From positions 1 through 64,000 of the forward strand of contig CAYRIX010000002.1 in NCBI GenBank assembly GCA_964424555.1: a stretch of DNA of 64,000 bases, read 5' to 3'. The translations under genes were made by a program, and so were the position numbers. The notes beneath the pieces were generated by a model. It searched no databases. It had not been told where the DNA came from and was given only the letters and a program-made list of their open reading frames with translations. This document shows, one piece after another, positions 59,479 through 64,000 of this stretch. This DNA is from an uncultured Eubacteriales bacterium (GTDB lineage: Bacteria > Bacillota > Clostridia > Oscillospirales > Acutalibacteraceae). Positions within the stretch are counted from its first letter, which is position 1. Each line of letters starts with the position of its first letter.

Positions 59479-60279
59479 TTATTTTATTGAAAACAACTGT
59501 TTCGCATTTTCCGAGGTAACCTTCAGCACCTCATTAACGCTGATATTTTTTATTTCTGCAACCTTCATTGCAGTGTAATAGATATATGCCGAATGACAGG
59601 TCTTACCACGGTAGGGCACAGGTGACAGATACGGCGCATCGGTCTCAAGCAGTATACTTTCGAGCGGTATTGCCTGAACCGTTTCGACCAGCTTACGTGC
59701 GTTATTGAACGTAATCACGCCGCCGACACCGATATGCATTCCGAGCTTTATAAGCTCTAACGCCATCTCACGGCTGCCCGAAAAGCAGTGCAGACTGCCC
59801 TTAGGTTTTACCTTACGGATAATTTCCAGAGTATCGCCGTGAGCATCACGATCATGGACGATGACGGGCAACCCCAATTCGTTCGCCAATTCAAGCTGGC
59901 GGCGAAATACCGCCTTTTGCTGCTCCTTACGATCGGCAGAGTAATGATAGTCCAAGCCTATCTCTCCTATCGCCACTACCTTTGGTCGTTTGACGAGCTC
60001 CGAAAGCCTTACTTCATCAAGTTCGAGCCCTTGGGTCTCGACCAGCTCGGGATGGATACCTACCGCCGTATAACAAAAGCTGTAGGCATCGGACATCCTC
60101 AAACAGTTTTCAGCAGAAAATCCGAGGTCGGTCGAATTATTGATAATATATCCTACGCCGTGTCCCGACAAAGTATTCAGCAACTCATCACGGTCAGCAT
60201 CAAAGCGCTCGTCGTCATAATGCGCATGCGTGTCGAAAATACTGTGAGGCGGTGCAAAAAACTCCTGCTCCAGTTCCAT
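59479..60279 (-). CDS. tatD: TatD-family metal-dependent hydrolase (DNase)
   Basis: FDTHAHYDDERFD N-terminal metal-binding motif. TIM-barrel amidohydrolase pattern. Confidence 0.9.
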   Translation of the reverse strand: MELEQEFFAPPHSIFDTHAHYDDERFDADRDELLNTLSGHGVGYIINNSTDLGFSAENCLRMSDAYSFCYTAVGIHPELVETQGLELDEVRLSELVKRPKVVAIGEIGLDYHYSADRKEQQKAVFRRQLELANELGLPVIVHDRDAHGDTLEIIRKVKPKGSLHCFSGSREMALELIKLGMHIGVGGVITFNNARKLVETVQAIPLESILLETDAPYLSPVPYRGKTCHSAYIYYTAMKVAEIKNISVNEVLKVTSENAKQLFSIK

Positions 60280-62216
60280 TATCTTACCTTGGCACCTGCA
60301 GGAACACCGTCGAGGAATACCACCTTGACATCGTCCCCGCCTGCATCGGCAGCAAGTATCATTCCTTGGGACTCAACACCGCAAAGCACAGCCGGCTTAA
60401 GGTTTGCGACACAGATGACTGTCTTGCCGACAAGCTCGTCGGGAGTGTACCACTTGGCAATACCCGATGCGACAATTCTTTCCTTACCGCTACCGTCATC
60501 CAAGGTGAGCTTCAAGAGCTTCTTGGCCTTTTTGATGGGCTCGCAATTAACGATTTTGCAGGCACGAAGATCAATCTTCATAAACTCGTCAAAGGTGATT
60601 TCATCAAGGAAGGCAATGCCCTCTGCTTTTTCAGCCTCAACTTCGGCGGCTTTTACGGCGGCCTCTTGCTCAGCTGCCAACTCGGCCAATACCTTTTCAG
60701 TATCAAGACGGGCGAACAACGGTTGACCCTCACCTACGGTGTAGGAGTCAACTGCACCAAACTCCAAAGCATCGCAATCGCACTTGATCTGTGCGATGAT
60801 CTTGTCAGAGCTTTCAGGGCAGATGGGTGCGATCAACTGAGCAAGAATGCGAATGCCCTCAAGCAGGTTGTACATAACAGCCGAGAGACGATCCTTTTTA
60901 TCCTCGTCCTTGGCCAAAGCCCAAGGCATTGTCTCATCAATATACTTATTGCAACGGCGTGCGAGATTCATAACGGTCTCGCAAGCATCGGCGTTGCGGT
61001 AAACATCCATTAGCTGATCGTACTTCTTGACCGTTTCAAGAGCTACATTGCGAAGATCGGTGTCGAACTCGTCAAAATCGGCGTTAGGCTTAGAAACAGT
61101 ACCGCCGAAATACTTATTAGTCATGGCGATGGTACGGTTGACAAGGTTGCCCAAGGTGTTGGCAAGGTCGGTGTTATACTTATTCATAAAGTTCTCGTAG
61201 GTGATAACACCATCCTGAGCAAAGGGCATCTCGGAAAGCAGATAGTAACGGACAGCATCGGTACCGAAACGCTTGACCATATCATCGGCATAGATAACAT
61301 TGCCCTTAGATTTGCTCATCTTGTCGTCGCCCGACAAAAGCCACGGATGACCCAAAACCTGCTTCGGCAACGGCTCACCCAATGCCATAAGAATTATGGG
61401 CCAATAAATGGTGTGAAAACGGACAATGTCCTTACCGATAACATGCAAATCGGCAGGCCAGTATTTCTTGTAATCGTCAGAACTGCCGTCGGGATTGTAG
61501 CCAACACCCGTGATATAGTTGGTCAACGCATCAAGCCAGACATATATAACATGCTTGTCGTCAAAATCAACGGGGATACCCCATTTGAACGAGGTACGGG
61601 ATACGCAAAGGTCGGAAAGACCGGGCTTGATGAAGTTATTTACCATTTCGGCTTTACGGGATGCAGGAGTGAAGAAGTCGGGATTGCTCTCGTAATACTC
61701 AACAAGGCGGTCCTGATACTTGGAAAGCTTTAAGAAATATGCCTCTTCCTTGGAATCGATACAGTCACGGCCGCAATCGGGGCACTTGCCGTCGACCAAC
61801 TGTGAGGATGTGAAGAACGACTCACAAGGTACACAGTATTTACCCTCGTATTCGCTCTTATAGATGTCGCCCTGCTCATAGAGCTTTTTGAATATCTTTT
61901 TGACGGCATCCTCGTGGTCGGCATCGGTGGTACGGATGAAACGGTCATAGGTGACATTAAGACAATCCCAGACTGACTTTATCTCACCTGCGACATTGTC
62001 AACAAGCTGTTTTGGGGTGAGACCCATTCCTTTTGCGTTTTCTTCGATCTTCTGTCCATGCTCGTCAGAGCCTGTGAGGAAACGGACGTCAAAGCCCTTT
62101 TTCCTCTTATATCTTGCTATCATATCGGCCAGCACGATATCATAAGAATTGCCGATATGCGGCTTCTTTGAGGCATAAGCGATAGCTGTTGTAATGTAAA
62201 ATTTCTGTTTGTCCAT
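60279..62216 (-). CDS. metG: methionine--tRNA ligase with C-terminal tRNA-binding (EMAP-like) domain
   Basis: HIGN (HIGH) and KMSKS motifs. Zinc knuckle CPDCG. C-terminal OB-fold domain. Confidence 0.95.
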   Translation of the reverse strand: MDKQKFYITTAIAYASKKPHIGNSYDIVLADMIARYKRKKGFDVRFLTGSDEHGQKIEENAKGMGLTPKQLVDNVAGEIKSVWDCLNVTYDRFIRTTDADHEDAVKKIFKKLYEQGDIYKSEYEGKYCVPCESFFTSSQLVDGKCPDCGRDCIDSKEEAYFLKLSKYQDRLVEYYESNPDFFTPASRKAEMVNNFIKPGLSDLCVSRTSFKWGIPVDFDDKHVIYVWLDALTNYITGVGYNPDGSSDDYKKYWPADLHVIGKDIVRFHTIYWPIILMALGEPLPKQVLGHPWLLSGDDKMSKSKGNVIYADDMVKRFGTDAVRYYLLSEMPFAQDGVITYENFMNKYNTDLANTLGNLVNRTIAMTNKYFGGTVSKPNADFDEFDTDLRNVALETVKKYDQLMDVYRNADACETVMNLARRCNKYIDETMPWALAKDEDKKDRLSAVMYNLLEGIRILAQLIAPICPESSDKIIAQIKCDCDALEFGAVDSYTVGEGQPLFARLDTEKVLAELAAEQEAAVKAAEVEAEKAEGIAFLDEITFDEFMKIDLRACKIVNCEPIKKAKKLLKLTLDDGSGKERIVASGIAKWYTPDELVGKTVICVANLKPAVLCGVESQGMILAADAGGDDVKVVFLDGVPAGAKVR

Positions 62217-62384
62217 AGCTAGTTACCTTCCTTTACACTAATGATGTGTTTGAATTTTCATGCACCGAATGAAAGCACATAAATTTATATTTTATTTTAC
62301 CACAATTACCCTATTTTTACAAGTGAAAACATCAGAAAAGACAAAAAACACAAGACCGCAAGAACGGTTTTGTGTTTTTATACC

Positions 62385-64000
62385 CTATATTTGCTTTTCC
62401 ATGGACTTTATGTAAGCACCCTTGGAGTCGCCGTCACACGCACATTGGAGCATGAGATACGATATTCCCGTCGGGCATTCTTGGGTCATTTTTACGTCAA
62501 ACAGTACGGCATCTTCAAAATACACCCTTGCAAGCTCTTTGTCAATATCGTACTCGACCGAAAGCTTGGCCATATCGCTTCCTATATCCTTTGTACTAAC
62601 CTCAAAGCAAAGCGGTGATTGTACGCCGGCGTATTCGTCACAAGGGTTATACCAACGGTCGGTCAGTATAAAGCGGATGCTCTTTTCAATAAGCTTGAGC
62701 TGTACCTTAACCGTTCCCTTTCTTGACATTGGGAAATTCCATACAACACCCTCAATATCATACATCAAACGCTCGTCACGGTGCTTTGAAACAAGCAGCA
62801 TCTCACCGTAGCCGCCGTCAGGATCAGGCATTAAAACAGCACCGTGGGTGCGGTTCCATGCACAGTGACCGTTGCCTGCAATATGAGCCGTATGTCCCGA
62901 AAGGCTTTTGACATAGACTTGGGTAGAAACCTTATTAAGACCTGTCAAAAAATCCTCTTTTGCAGACTGTTGATAAAGCCAGTCAATATCAAATATCACA
63001 AATCGGCGTGAAGCGACATTCTGTCCCACCGACACAAGCACCTTGTTAAAGGGCAGTTCAAAGGCCTGAAACTGGTGTACGCTTTTATCATTTGACGACC
63101 CGACACCGCCTCTGTAACGGAAGTCGGAATTATTCCGTATCTCGTTCAGTAATATTTCACGGTAACCTATCCAACTGTCACCGCCGTCATCCGATATTGC
63201 AGCATGTGCAGCATCACGGTTTGTGAAAGCATCCTCACCCGTGCCGTTTGCGACACCCTCACTGAACGGCTGCTGTGTCGTGTGATCGACCTCAGGCAGA
63301 GGCTTGGTATTGTTCCAAAATGTCACCACCCTGCCGTCCGACAGCCTTAATAAAAACGCTGTTGTGTTTGTGCCGTAAAAGGTCGACGGCACCGCCTCGG
63401 TCCAGCTTTCTCCACCATCACAAGAAAAGCTTTGGTAGAATTGGTCGGTAGGAGTGCGGATGATCATCATCATTTTATTCGGCGACAGCTCAACTGCATA
63501 CGGCTCCGAGCCGCTTCCCTTACACCAACGCAAGCCTTTATGGGGCGGCACAAGCTCGAACTCGGCATTAAGGCTTACCTCGCTTATGCTCCATGTGAGT
63601 CCGAAATCATCCGAGTAAAAGAAGGTTGGTGTACAGGTGCCCCACTTCTGAGCTGTTATCCACACACGGTCGGAAAATGAGGAACCCACAGGCAGGAACG
63701 AATCATAATAATCATCATCCGATATCTTTATCCACTGTGGGTCTGAATCATCAGGCCCGAGCTTTGACCTTAAGCACCAAAAGCCTTCGACTTTATGAGA
63801 ATATTTATCGGCAACACTCAGATACACGTCGGCCTGCTCTATATATGTACATGCATTCATGGCACCGTGAGAATACTTCGTTACCCACGATATTCCGCCG
63901 TCATGCGATGCCAGATACTGAGTAACCTCTTGGCTGATTGTTTTGCCGTGAAGTCTTTCGTAGGACCTTATCTCGCCGTCGGGCAATATGCAGACATCTC
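62385..64000 (-). CDS. BNR/Asp-box repeat beta-propeller protein (sialidase-like), N-terminally truncated by the window edge
   Basis: Four Asp-boxes (SHDGGISW, SDDFGLTW, SCDGGESW, SDDGGDSW). ORF stays open to the window end. The ORF-track start is a TTG. Confidence 0.75.
   Translation of the reverse strand, partial: DVCILPDGEIRSYERLHGKTISQEVTQYLASHDGGISWVTKYSHGAMNACTYIEQADVYLSVADKYSHKVEGFWCLRSKLGPDDSDPQWIKISDDDYYDSFLPVGSSFSDRVWITAQKWGTCTPTFFYSDDFGLTWSISEVSLNAEFELVPPHKGLRWCKGSGSEPYAVELSPNKMMMIIRTPTDQFYQSFSCDGGESWTEAVPSTFYGTNTTAFLLRLSDGRVVTFWNNTKPLPEVDHTTQQPFSEGVANGTGEDAFTNRDAAHAAISDDGGDSWIGYREILLNEIRNNSDFRYRGGVGSSNDKSVHQFQAFELPFNKVLVSVGQNVASRRFVIFDIDWLYQQSAKEDFLTGLNKVSTQVYVKSLSGHTAHIAGNGHCAWNRTHGAVLMPDPDGGYGEMLLVSKHRDERLMYDIEGVVWNFPMSRKGTVKVQLKLIEKSIRFILTDRWYNPCDEYAGVQSPLCFEVSTKDIGSDMAKLSVEYDIDKELARVYFEDAVLFDVKMTQECPTGISYLMLQCACDGDSKGAYIKSMEKQI

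Noticed and set aside
62217-62384. Possible T-box leader upstream of metG
   Set aside because: The spacer is only about 168 nt. It lacks specifier-loop and T-box consensus and is mostly occupied by the terminator hairpin of the upstream BNR gene.
1-64000. Mobile elements, prophage, integrases, toxin-antitoxin pairs, CRISPR, rRNA and tRNA genes
   Set aside because: No transposase, recombinase or phage structural motifs, no tRNA-like cloverleaf candidates and no repeat arrays were seen on either strand.

Overview
This 64-kb window is chromosomal DNA from a low/moderate-GC Gram-positive bacterium, most likely a Clostridia-class Firmicute. The evidence is consistent GGAGG-type ribosome-binding sites, a complete rimP-nusA-ylxR-ylxQ-infB-rbfA-nrnA-truB-ribF operon, NfeD/flotillin, an LtaS-like gene and a UPF0210/UPF0237 pair. 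Most of the window is housekeeping: eno, rlmB, the nusA/infB operon, pyruvate:ferredoxin oxidoreductase, a DAHP synthase-ABC-F-HAD-MATE operon, secA, glyA, fba, citrate synthase, galM, tatD and metG. Nearly all are transcribed from near-consensus sigma-A promoters and end at clear intrinsic terminators. I found no CRISPR arrays, rRNA/tRNA genes, transposases or integrases.

The accessory content is as follows. (1) Positions 1-12.2 kb hold a roughly 12-kb minus-strand operon that encodes two complete sets of CUT1-type sugar ABC permease pairs and no ATPase. Embedded in it are a 1065-aa substrate-binding-protein fusion carrying tandem N-terminal beta-sandwich repeats, a 765-aa lipoprotein of unknown function, and a membrane protein that fuses an extracellular NHL beta-propeller and TPR-like region to a Yip1 domain. 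This is the best candidate for an undescribed polysaccharide capture/import system. (2) Positions 15.5-19.5 kb encode a 961-aa protein with a long acidic disordered N-terminus and a C-terminal P-type-ATPase fold in which every catalytic signature has been lost. It is translationally coupled to an O-antigen-ligase (Wzy_C)-like membrane protein and is preceded by a standalone HprK-C-like P-loop protein. (3) A structured intercistronic RNA with no ORF lies between infB and rbfA. (4) Two tandem paralogous lipoproteins each have a perfect consensus promoter. (5) A Rex/CRP-type palindrome lies upstream of PFOR. (6) Two low-GC orphan loci sit in otherwise ordinary sequence. Several ORF-track start codons were re-derived from RBS and ATG context. 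The ORF tracker translates GTG/TTG starts as M, and I corrected those cases.
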